This document shows, one piece after another, positions 19,599 to 28,305 of a DNA stretch of 64,000 bases. Source of the DNA: Candidatus Bathyarchaeota archaeon (GTDB lineage Archaea > Thermoproteota > Bathyarchaeia > Bathyarchaeales > Bathycorpusculaceae); assembly GCA_963707955.1 (NCBI GenBank), contig OY970176.1:768001-832000 (forward strand), in the 5' to 3' direction. Within the stretch, counting starts at the first letter, position 1. Each line of letters begins with the position of its first letter. The notes beneath the pieces are model-generated. The model did not search any database. It was not told the DNA's origin and was given only the letters and a program-made list of their open reading frames with translations. Made by a program: the position numbers and the translations under genes.

Positions 19599-20219
19599 TC
19601 ACATGACGGCCAAGTAGGCCATTACGAATATCATTATGATTTGAAATATTGTCTGACTTCCGGCATAGTAGATGTTTCTCATGCCAAGTTTCACAACCTT
19701 CTCCGTGTTCGGGTTTGCCTTTCTCAGCTCCAATAGGACGCGAACTTCATTAGGCAATATAAGGGCAAAGCCTTGGACCGACAAGATAATGACGATGATG
19801 ATGGCAGCGATTATTGGTGTGGTGTAGAAACTTATCCCCATACGATTGGCCAGGGAGATTCCAGCGGTTATGCCCACCGCGGCCAACCCTGGCATGAAGA
19901 ACAGCATCATAGGCACAAGTTTCTTTATGACCTCAACGCGGCTTTGCGGCGAGAGACCACGCATCACCCTACTCATCACAAGACCCATGAACAGGTCTAT
20001 GCCCGTCCACGTTCCAGCGATAAGCACATGAACATAATTCAACAAAAGGAGACTTCCACTCAACAATGCCGCGATCAACGCGATTATGGGGACGGCCAAA
20101 GTCAGATAGCTACTCAGCCCCACGATTGCGCTGTCTTTGCTAGCTAAAGTTGTTGTATTCGGAGGTTTTGTCACGTATCCTTCCTCGTGCTGAGCTACCG
20201 ATATCTTGTTCCATCGCAA
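19599..20219 (-). CDS. Integral membrane protein (CopD/DUF2269-like helical bundle)
   Basis: YVHVLIAGTWTG motif and about 5 TM segments; start uncertain. Confidence 0.7.
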   Translation of the reverse strand: MRWNKISVAQHEEGYVTKPPNTTTLASKDSAIVGLSSYLTLAVPIIALIAALLSGSLLLLNYVHVLIAGTWTGIDLFMGLVMSRVMRGLSPQSRVEVIKKLVPMMLFFMPGLAAVGITAGISLANRMGISFYTTPIIAAIIIVIILSVQGFALILPNEVRVLLELRKANPNTEKVVKLGMRNIYYAGSQTIFQIIMIFVMAYLAVM

Positions 20220-20275
20220 CCCATATTTGGAATTTTCGATACCGACATATGGAGGAAAGTCTCATCCCTTGCTCG

Positions 20276-20821
20276 CTACCCCAACCAACCAAGAGATTGT
20301 GGGTGTGGTAGTTTTCGTTCTTTCCAGTAATATGTGTGATTGCAGTAGCCGTCTCCTTGCATCACAGTCTTTGTCCTTTTCAGTCTTATTTTTGGGTTGT
20401 AGGCTCTTGCCGTCGCAAAGTCACGGCGGCAGCATATGACGTAGCCAAGCTTTGTTGCATTCATTTCCTTGAAGGTCTTAGCCCATAAACACTCCGTTAT
20501 GTGGGCGCTCAATTTCACGGGCGTTTCTTCGGGATAGGTCACTGTCAACGCATGCGTCCAAAAGGGAGATTCGTTTTCCTCCTTTACGAAGCGTTTAAAG
20601 TCTTCAAACTTCTTAATTGGCTTCTTGGAGAGCTGGTTCTTGACAGATTCTACCCCAGACTTTTCAGCCCACTTTTTGATTATTCCGAAAGCTCTTTTTC
20701 TGCCCAGAGCATGCTCGAAAACCTCAGCCAATCCCACCGTGTCCCTGTATCGGTCCTGAAAAAACTGCTCATAAGTCAGCACCATTTTTCCTTGAAACTT
20801 GTGCGGAGTCTTCTTATTCAT
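20276..20821 (-). CDS. L-2-amino-thiazoline-4-carboxylate hydrolase-like (V4R-related) protein
   Basis: ITECLWA, GYVICC..DF and RTKTVMQGDGYCNH motifs. Confidence 0.8.
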   Translation of the reverse strand: MNKKTPHKFQGKMVLTYEQFFQDRYRDTVGLAEVFEHALGRKRAFGIIKKWAEKSGVESVKNQLSKKPIKKFEDFKRFVKEENESPFWTHALTVTYPEETPVKLSAHITECLWAKTFKEMNATKLGYVICCRRDFATARAYNPKIRLKRTKTVMQGDGYCNHTYYWKERKLPHPQSLGWLG

Positions 20822-20991
20822 GCCCCCTCAACAACCACATACTGGTTCTGATCTAGGGGATAAAACTTTACATCAACCGCGCGCGCCAAATTCTATCCTC
20901 TCTCTATCGTTCATGTTCTTGAACGCGCGATCACGATCATTTTATACGGCCACCGATGATACAGTATTAGCCAGAAAACGGGTGATATGGA

Positions 20992-21490
20992 TTGACGGAT
21001 CTTTGGCAGCTGGTGGGTCTGTCTATCTTGAATTTTCTGCATCTTTTGGCGACGGTTGTATGGGTTGGTGGAATGGCAACTAACATTCTGGTTACACTAC
21101 CATCTACTAGGGAAGTACTGGAGCCAGCAGTTTTTGGCAGGTTTATCGGAGCGATAATGAAAAGGTTTCGCCTTATCGCATACGTAAGTATCATAACTCT
21201 CCTTGTTTGCGGCGTTCTTTTGACACTGGTGAATGAGAATTTTGTAGGTGGGCCATTTGATAACGCTTGGAGTCAACTTATCTTAGCCAAACACTTATTT
21301 GTGGCCGCTTTGGTTCTGCTCACTGTCTACTCCTTCGAGGTGTTAGCTCCTAAAGTAGCCAAGTTAGCTGCGAAAGGACCTTCGCCCGAGACTGCTGAAG
21401 ACTCAAAAGCTTCAATTAAGACTGGCTTCCACTGGATTCGTGCTAGGCCTTGTCATTCTAATGCTGATAGCAATAGTGCTTTCTCTTTGA
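20992..21490 (+). CDS. CopD/DUF4149-like membrane protein, one extra base near 21391
   Basis: LHLLATVVWVGG and LILAKH motifs; the last helix LLKTQKLQLRLASTGFVLGLVILMLIAIVLSL* is in the shifted frame, ending TGA 21488-21490. Confidence 0.72.
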
Positions 21491-21849
21491 GCGCGCGCAG
21501 ATATTTGCTCAAAACCAGGAACGCGAATAATCATAAGTATGAAGAGCTAGTCGTCTTGCAGTTTGCCCGCGCTTGAACCTTTCCTGTGATTGGAACCAAC
21601 ATTCCTTGTTCAACTAGAAAGGCATGATTTGCATCTGGAAAAACTCATTTGTTATGAAGCCATATGTTTCACACTCAAGGACTATGAAGACTTTCTTGCT
21701 TCCTGAGTTTGGGCAGCTAAACTTGTTCAGTCTTCTCACCCATTTTCATTATCGTTGGTTTTCGCGGGCGTTAGTTTGCGATGGTTAATATGAGAGCAAA
21801 GCTTAATCTAGCGCCTTGTTCTAAGGCGATTAGGTTGGAGGTGGATTCT

Positions 21850-22335
21850 TTGAGTCTTTTTGGGCATAAGGCAGTACCTAAGGTTCAGTTGACTTATGAT
21901 GTGATGATGAAATGCAACTGCGGAATGTGTCCGGTCCAAGCCAATAGTGCGTGTGCCAAACCTAAGATAATGGCTAGAGACGAGATGATGAAGAACCCGA
22001 GCTCTGAAATAAAGAAGATCATGACCCCTGGAATGATGCAGAACCTGGAAATGATAAAGAACATGAGCCCTGAAACGATGAGGAGCATGTCAAGAGAACA
22101 GATGAAGAAAATGAGCGATGAAATGATGAAGAACACGCCAAAAGAACAGATTTCGGCGATGATGCTTAAAGTGGAAGATATGCCTGGGCCTTACTGTGCT
22201 AACGGCGTTGCAGTCTGTAAAGACCTAGATTTCAGCAAGATGTGCGTTTGCAGCGGATGCCAAGTTTTCAAGGACTTTAGTCTCATGAAAGGTAAACCAA
22301 TGAGCTACTATTGTAAAGACGGCAAGGCTACGTAG
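21850..22335 (+). CDS. DUF2769-like Cys-rich protein with a Met-rich insertion
   Basis: GGAGGTGG SD then TTG; CNCGMCPV..SAC, PYCANG..C...CVCSGCQV...YYCKDG; central segment very Met-rich. Confidence 0.72.
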   Translation: MSLFGHKAVPKVQLTYDVMMKCNCGMCPVQANSACAKPKIMARDEMMKNPSSEIKKIMTPGMMQNLEMIKNMSPETMRSMSREQMKKMSDEMMKNTPKEQISAMMLKVEDMPGPYCANGVAVCKDLDFSKMCVCSGCQVFKDFSLMKGKPMSYYCKDGKAT

Positions 22336-22393
22336 TTTTCTTAGCGCTCTTCACTTTGATTGCATATACTGCATTCCTGATTTTTATGTTTCG

Positions 22394-23317
22394 TCAACGA
22401 GCGCGCGCGCCATTGCTGGAGAAATGTGGTTCCGATGCCGAGAAGATGGTCATGTTAACAATCTCCGTTTCTTCAACCTTTCGGAAAAAATTCTCCAGCA
22501 ACGCCCGAAAGGCTTTCTTATTCGCACGTTTACCCAGTTCCAGTGCTTCATATTCATGTTTCTCTATAAAGTCGCTTATCGTCAACGGGTCCTCGTATTC
22601 GCGGACGAAAACTGTGGGCATCAAGATCACGAGCCTTCCACTTTCTTTTAGTACTCTGCCCCACTCTCTCAGTGCTGTCTGCACAAGATCGTTTTCGGGA
22701 ATGTTGGCGACCACTATCAGGTCGGCATAACCATCTTTTAATGGAACTTTCACGTAGTTGCCATCCAAGAAAAACAAGTTGTCCAGACGCCGGTACATCT
22801 CCACTAATCTTGGCTTCACCAGATAAATCTTTCCCCTACGTACTTTACTAATAAGACAGCATATCATTCTCTCGTGCATTGCGGAGTATTCAGGGACAAT
22901 GTACACGATGATGTGTTGGTCCATTAATTCCTCTCCAAGTAGCCTGCAGACGTTATCAAAAACGTTGATCTTTGAGGGAAGACCCAACAAGTATTCACCA
23001 TAGAAGGCGTCGATGGTCTCGATAGCGTCTAAGAAAATCCTGTTAAGCTCCTCCCTCCCCTTCCCGCTAAGCCTGTAAACCCTCTTCTCGGGTCCAAACT
23101 GGCTCTTCTGCCAACGACTCTGAAGCAAGTGCTCTCGCAGCATCTCGTTTAGAATCCTGTACAAACGGCTGATCTCAACTGTAACGCCTTCAGACGCAAG
23201 TTTCTTGTGAATTTCGTACCCGTAGAATTCTTTACCTCTAAACATCTTCAGGATATTCCTTTTAAGATCCTGAGCTCTCACGGCTGAAGTCTCCATACTA
23301 GAATTCGGGCTCTCCAT
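22394..23317 (-). CDS. PadR/methyltransferase-like fusion, paralog 2
   Basis: Clear similarity to 18277 and 23948 (FYGYEIHK, SRLYR, PLKDGYADL, DPLTI.DFIEKHE). Confidence 0.8.
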   Translation of the reverse strand: MESPNSSMETSAVRAQDLKRNILKMFRGKEFYGYEIHKKLASEGVTVEISRLYRILNEMLREHLLQSRWQKSQFGPEKRVYRLSGKGREELNRIFLDAIETIDAFYGEYLLGLPSKINVFDNVCRLLGEELMDQHIIVYIVPEYSAMHERMICCLISKVRRGKIYLVKPRLVEMYRRLDNLFFLDGNYVKVPLKDGYADLIVVANIPENDLVQTALREWGRVLKESGRLVILMPTVFVREYEDPLTISDFIEKHEYEALELGKRANKKAFRALLENFFRKVEETEIVNMTIFSASEPHFSSNGARAR

Positions 23318-23361
23318 CCGACGTCACCTAGATTCTACATTTTCAATGTTAAAGCCGCCGT

Positions 23362-23405
23362 TTAAGGACCTATGGAATCGCAACTATAGTACTAATTAGC
23401 ACATA
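23362..23405 (-). promoter_or_regulatory. 44-bp conserved operator plus TATA-like element, copy D
   Basis: rc TATGTG-N7-GTACTATAGT-N8-CATA-N4-CTTAA upstream of paralog 2. Confidence 0.65.
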
Positions 23406-23601
23406 GGCTAAAATTACAGCGCGCGCTTGAAAAAATGGGTGAACTATTTGCGGGCCGTCCGCTTAGAAGCCTTAACGTTAGAACCTGAAGCACCTTTTTG
23501 CTTGGCGGCTCCTGCTAGTATACAAGTAAACATAATTCACGCTCTTCCACGATTTTGTAAACACTTGCATCTAATAGATCAGTGCGGGACGTTTGACATG
23601 C

Positions 23602-23917
23602 ACACGCGCTATTACTAGACCGTGATTTGCACATGCTACTGAGAACATTGGTCTTGGAAGAGTATAGTGAGAAAGTACTCACTGTAGAACCTGCGGGCTG
23701 TCACAATCGCGTCCAAAAGAATCGTTTCACGTCCCTTCTTTCCTTTCTCGCCGACCCTGCACATCCTTTTTCGAGGCTCTTCTCCAACCAGCCTCAAGCA
23801 GGCAACATCTCAATAAGAACTTTAAGAACTCTACAAGTGACCGATGTCAACCTTAATCCTTTCTGAAGCAAGCTCCTTCTGAGCCGCATAACCACAAACT
23901 CTGCTTCCAAACATCCT
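23602..23917 (-). pseudogene. Degraded internal fragment of a fourth PadR/MTase-like paralog
   Basis: Reads MFGSRVCGYAAQKELASERIKVDIG...PRKRMCRVGEKGKKGRETILLDAIVTARRFYSEYFL...TNVLSSMCK with stops and indels; closest to paralog 1. Confidence 0.8.
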
Positions 23918-23947
23918 CGCGCTAACCTCAGTGGTTCGATTTCGATT

Positions 23948-24826
23948 TCATAGTGATAAACGGGGAGAGCGAGGTTCTGATGCTAAGAAGAGCACCATGT
24001 GAACAATCTTTGTTTTTTCAATCTTTTGGAAAAAATTTTTCAACGATGACTGAAGATATTTCCCATCGGCGTGCTCATTTATCTTCATAGTGTCATGTTC
24101 ATACTTCTCAATGAAGTTGCCGATTGTCAAAGGGTCTTTGTACTCCTCTACGAAAATCGCCGGAATCAAGATTGCCAATTTCCCATCTGCCCGTAACACC
24201 CTGCACCACTCTGTTAACGCTGTCTCCAGAAAATCCTTTTTGGGGATGTCTATAACCACCAAGAGATCGACAAAAGAGTCCTTTAATGGGATGTTTTCGT
24301 AGGTGCCGTCCATTAAGGTCAGGTTGTCAGGACACGGGTCAACGAGCACCGATCTCGGCTTCACGAAATAGATCTTCCCTTGAGAATCTCTTCTTTGAAG
24401 ATTGCAGATCATCCTCGCGTGCATCACGGAATAACTTGGGGTAACGAAGGCGATGTTGCCCCGTCCCCTGAGTTGACGGGCAAAGTGCCGCCGGACACTT
24501 TCGAAAACGCTGCGCTCAGCTGGAAGATTCAGCAGATACTCTTCGTAAGAGGCATGGATAGTCCTGATGGCGTCTTGAAGAATTCCGTCGAGCTTCTTCC
24601 TTCCCTTTTCACCAAGCCTGTACACTCTCTTCTTTGGTCCGAGTTGGCTTTTCTCCCAACGACTCTCAAGCAGTTTCTCTTTAAGCATCTCGTTCAGGAT
24701 CCTATAGAGGCGGCTGATTTCAACCTTGATGTCTTGAGACGCGAGCTTTTTGTGAACCTCATACCCGTAGAACTCTCTGCCTCTAAACATCTTCAAGATA
24801 TTCTTCTTAAGATCGTCCGTTTTCAT
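23948..24826 (-). CDS. PadR/methyltransferase-like fusion, paralog 3
   Basis: Start MKTDDLKK matches MRTEDLKK of paralog 1; same domain motifs. Confidence 0.8.
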   Translation of the reverse strand: MKTDDLKKNILKMFRGREFYGYEVHKKLASQDIKVEISRLYRILNEMLKEKLLESRWEKSQLGPKKRVYRLGEKGRKKLDGILQDAIRTIHASYEEYLLNLPAERSVFESVRRHFARQLRGRGNIAFVTPSYSVMHARMICNLQRRDSQGKIYFVKPRSVLVDPCPDNLTLMDGTYENIPLKDSFVDLLVVIDIPKKDFLETALTEWCRVLRADGKLAILIPAIFVEEYKDPLTIGNFIEKYEHDTMKINEHADGKYLQSSLKNFFQKIEKTKIVHMVLFLASEPRSPRLSL

Positions 24827-24842
24827 AGACTTTAAGCCTCGG

Positions 24843-24886
24843 TATATGTATTCGGGTACTATAGCTAAAAGTCCATATATGCTTAA
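24843..24886 (+). promoter_or_regulatory. 44-bp conserved operator plus TATA-like element, copy C
   Basis: TATATG-N7-GTACTATAGC-N8-CATA-N4-CTTAA in the divergent spacer between paralog 3 and the 24928 gene. Confidence 0.68.
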
Positions 24887-24927
24887 TACCGTCGCAGCAA
24901 TTATAAAAGAGTTACGGAGATAAAATA

Positions 24928-25998
24928 ATGAACAAACGAAATAATGCTGCAGTCTTACTTGTCTTCCTTGCAACCATCTTAGTATTGTCTATCGCCAATT
25001 TCAACGTCACAACCGTAAAGGCAGCGGCGCCGCCAAGCATCACGCTCCTCCCACCTGCTGGACCTGTCGGAATACCCATTACAGTTAACGGCAACGGTTT
25101 CGCGCCTGGAGCCGATATAAGCCTGACTTGGTTCGGAAACACTGTTGATGTTCCAGGCATCGCGGGCCACGTAGCCACGTACACTATAAAGAGCGGAATC
25201 ACAACTGATCAAAATGGCAACTTTACCACAACCATCATTTCACCAAGCGACTTCTCCGATATCCCACACCAAGTCAACGCCACCCAAAACGGCATCGGAA
25301 CAGGAATAATTAATGCAACTTTCACTACTGTGTCAACTATGCATCTAAGTCCCCAACCCGCCACTTACGCAAACGGACAGCAGATTTTCCTCAACATCAC
25401 TGGAGGACCACTTGGAGCGGCTGCTCTCCCGATAACTGGTGCGAGCGAGGCAGAAGTCTTAAAGTTCACTTATGACAACGTGATGTGGGGTTTCGACACT
25501 TCTCACTTGAGTACAGAAGGACCAGTTGCAACTGGCGGATTCATCGGATGGGACGTTGGAGGCAACATATCGATACGATTCACAGCAACCGGAGAAGTAG
25601 GCATACACACTATTAGAGCTTATGTAGGTAGGGAAACCGTGCCGATATGGTTATCTTGTGAAATCGGAGGCGAAGTAAGCTTCAACATAACGGGTCCCAG
25701 CTCGGACACACAGACAATCCTAAACGATTTGAGCAACATAGACGCCAAAATAGTCAGCATCCAAGGTGACGTAGCCACGATCACGACCAACGTAGGAACT
25801 ATAAGCGGTAATGTTACCAGCATAAGCAATGGCATGGCAACTGTTAATACAAGTCTCGGAACTCTAACTCTGTCAGTTGACGGAGTAAAAAGCTCAACGG
25901 ACAACAGTGTCAACTACGGCCTAGGCGCATTGATACTTTCTGTCATCGACCTTGTAATCCTGCTTGCCGTCGCTGCCCTTGTGCTAAGAAAGCATTAA
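24928..25998 (+). CDS. Secreted, C-terminally anchored surface protein (Ig/IPT-like domain)
   Basis: Signal peptide ending VKA; P..GPVG..ITVNGNGF; Thr/Asn-rich stalk; C-terminal TM plus RKH; T-run terminator at about 26013. Confidence 0.78.
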   Translation: MNKRNNAAVLLVFLATILVLSIANFNVTTVKAAAPPSITLLPPAGPVGIPITVNGNGFAPGADISLTWFGNTVDVPGIAGHVATYTIKSGITTDQNGNFTTTIISPSDFSDIPHQVNATQNGIGTGIINATFTTVSTMHLSPQPATYANGQQIFLNITGGPLGAAALPITGASEAEVLKFTYDNVMWGFDTSHLSTEGPVATGGFIGWDVGGNISIRFTATGEVGIHTIRAYVGRETVPIWLSCEIGGEVSFNITGPSSDTQTILNDLSNIDAKIVSIQGDVATITTNVGTISGNVTSISNGMATVNTSLGTLTLSVDGVKSSTDNSVNYGLGALILSVIDLVILLAVAALVLRKH

Positions 25999-26519
25999 AC
26001 CCCAAGAATCCCTTTTTTTATCATTCTGTCCTGTTTAACGCATTATGTGCTGAAACTGCTACCACTAATACGTCAGAAACTGGAGGCGCCTAGCGGGTTC
26101 CTAAATTCCTTCGGGAAGCAGCTTGCGCTTACGCATTCTGCTCTTCAATCATGTTTGGATCATGTAGGATACCGGAGGGAGTGTGTGAGCAAGCGAGAAC
26201 CCAGCCGAACCGTGACAGTAACCATCGAGAAAAGACATGCCTCCCTCTTGAACGGAATCTGGGAATTCAGGAACAAGCATGCGCTCTAAACCACTGCGGA
26301 GGCAGTCCTGATTTCTGCTGTCTCCAGGACAAGCAGCAAATGATTGATTCATGGGGATTTGATGTGGAAGCCCATCATTAATCGTTCCAACCGTCTCGTC
26401 TTTCACAGCAGGATTCTTGTCATTCTTTATTTCCCTCTTGCTATCGGCACAAAAATCAGCACTACGCAGAAAGACAGACTATATTAAATACTTCCGCGGT
26501 CCATAAGGCTGCAAACTAG

Positions 26520-26735
26520 GTGAGGAGCAAAATGATTAAAGGGCCTTTCTACGTTGGCATTGTTTTGATAGTTATCGCATTAATACTGGGTGGAGTGCAA
26601 GATCTCCATGTCCACAGCATTTACGGTAGTGGAGCAAACAAATGGTATTTCTACAGTTTTATCGGAATCGTTTTCTTGATTGGCATTGCATTCGTAGTAT
26701 GGTCTTACATGAAAAGGCAAAAGCCTCAAAAGTGA
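26520..26735 (+). CDS. Small two-TM membrane protein
   Basis: Two hydrophobic helices, basic tail; GGTGAGG SD before ATG 26532. Confidence 0.65.
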   Translation: MRSKMIKGPFYVGIVLIVIALILGGVQDLHVHSIYGSGANKWYFYSFIGIVFLIGIAFVVWSYMKRQKPQK

Positions 26736-26891
26736 CTATTATTCTGTAATCTCACGGGCACCGATTTCAATTGACCAGCTGTTGGGTACATCAATTAGAA
26801 TTGCGTACATTGCGCGCGTCGGCTCTAGAAATTGCAAATGGATTCTTGGAGTTGAGATTATCAGCTATGAGAAGAAAGAGAAGGAAGAATC

Positions 26892-28187
26892 TTGCAAATG
26901 GATGAGTATACTTCAAAAACTCGGACTTCGAGGACTCTTTATGACCGTGCAAAGAAAGTTCTTCCCGCTGGTGTTTCCTACGGGATACGTTATTTTGAGC
27001 CATACCCTTTTTACACTGTCAAAGCGCACGGAAGTAAGCTTTGGGACGTTGACGGAAACGAGTACATCGATTTTTGGCTCGGACATGCTGCGCTTATCCT
27101 GGGACACAGCCCGAGGGAAGTTGTGAAAGTCGTCAAGAAACAACTGGAAAACGGAACTCACTACGGAACATCACACGAACTGGAAATTGCTCTAGCTGAA
27201 CAGGTTGTCAAAATGATTCCGAGCGCCGAAATGGTTCGCTTCACCAATTCTGGAACAGAAGCAAACATGTATGCCACCAGACTGGCACGTACGTTCACGG
27301 GCAAAGACGTGATTGCCAAATTTGAAGGCGGATGGCATGGAGGTTACGATGCACTCCACGTAGGGGTCAAACAGCCCTTCGACCTTCCCGAATCGGCAGG
27401 CCTAACGCATGGAGCTCTTCAAGACACTGTTCTATTGCCTTTCAACGACCTCGAAGGGGTTGAGAAGAGACTGAAAAACAAGCAGCCTGCCTCCATCGTT
27501 ATCGAACCCGTATTAGGAGCAGGAGGAGCAGTGCCAGCTGAAAAGGAGTTCCTGAAAGGCTTGAGAGAATTCTGTGACCGAAAGAATATCCTGCTGATCT
27601 TTGACGAAGTGATCACAGGGTTCCGATTGGCCCCCGGAGGGGGACAACAGTTCTACGGCGTAAACGCTGACATAACCGTTCTAGGAAAGATTCTGGGAGG
27701 AGGTTTCCCTGTTGGTGCTTTCTGCGGGTCGAAGAAGATAATGGAGAGGATAGACAACGTCGCCTACGAGCGTCCGCACTACTCTTTTCACGGAGGAACT
27801 TTCGCTGGAAACCCGATGACAATGACTGCGGGACTGACGACGCTGAAAATCCTAGAAGATGGCAGGGTAATAAGCCGTCTCAACAGGCAGGGCGACGAAA
27901 TCAGGGAGAGACTGCGACGAATCTTTGAGAAGCGTAATGTAGACGCGCAAGTTGTCGGCTTAGGGTCCTTGTTTAATGTTCACTTTACAAAGGAGCCGAT
28001 AAGAGATGCCCTCGCCGTCTTCAGAGCCGACAAAAAGAGGCTTCTCGAATACAACTTGACGCTGATGACAAATGGAATCTTCTTCCTACCAACGCACTGC
28101 GGAGCATTGAGCACTGCCCACTCAGAGGCAGACCTGCAGAAACTATTCAAAGAAACGGAGGACTATTTAGAACATTATGAAAAGTAG
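26892..28187 (+). CDS. hemL: Glutamate-1-semialdehyde aminomutase-like class III aminotransferase
   Basis: DVDGNEYID, NSGTEA, FEGGWHG, FDEVITGFR, GKILGGGFPVGA and GTFAGNP motifs. Confidence 0.8.
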   Translation: MQMDEYTSKTRTSRTLYDRAKKVLPAGVSYGIRYFEPYPFYTVKAHGSKLWDVDGNEYIDFWLGHAALILGHSPREVVKVVKKQLENGTHYGTSHELEIALAEQVVKMIPSAEMVRFTNSGTEANMYATRLARTFTGKDVIAKFEGGWHGGYDALHVGVKQPFDLPESAGLTHGALQDTVLLPFNDLEGVEKRLKNKQPASIVIEPVLGAGGAVPAEKEFLKGLREFCDRKNILLIFDEVITGFRLAPGGGQQFYGVNADITVLGKILGGGFPVGAFCGSKKIMERIDNVAYERPHYSFHGGTFAGNPMTMTAGLTTLKILEDGRVISRLNRQGDEIRERLRRIFEKRNVDAQVVGLGSLFNVHFTKEPIRDALAVFRADKKRLLEYNLTLMTNGIFFLPTHCGALSTAHSEADLQKLFKETEDYLEHYEK

Positions 28188-28305
28188 CACGAATGCGCGC
28201 AGCCTCCGCGCAGCCAGCCTCCACTTGTTGATATTCAATAATTGGGGGCGTTCTGAAAATCTTTATATTGATTTGAGGCGTTTGGGCTAACCTAAGAAGA
28301 TCACA

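Noticed and set aside
26186-26343. Possible ribbon-helix-helix relic (and a similar one at about 34390-34500 on the minus strand)
   Set aside because: The pattern is suggestive but too short and degraded to support without a search.
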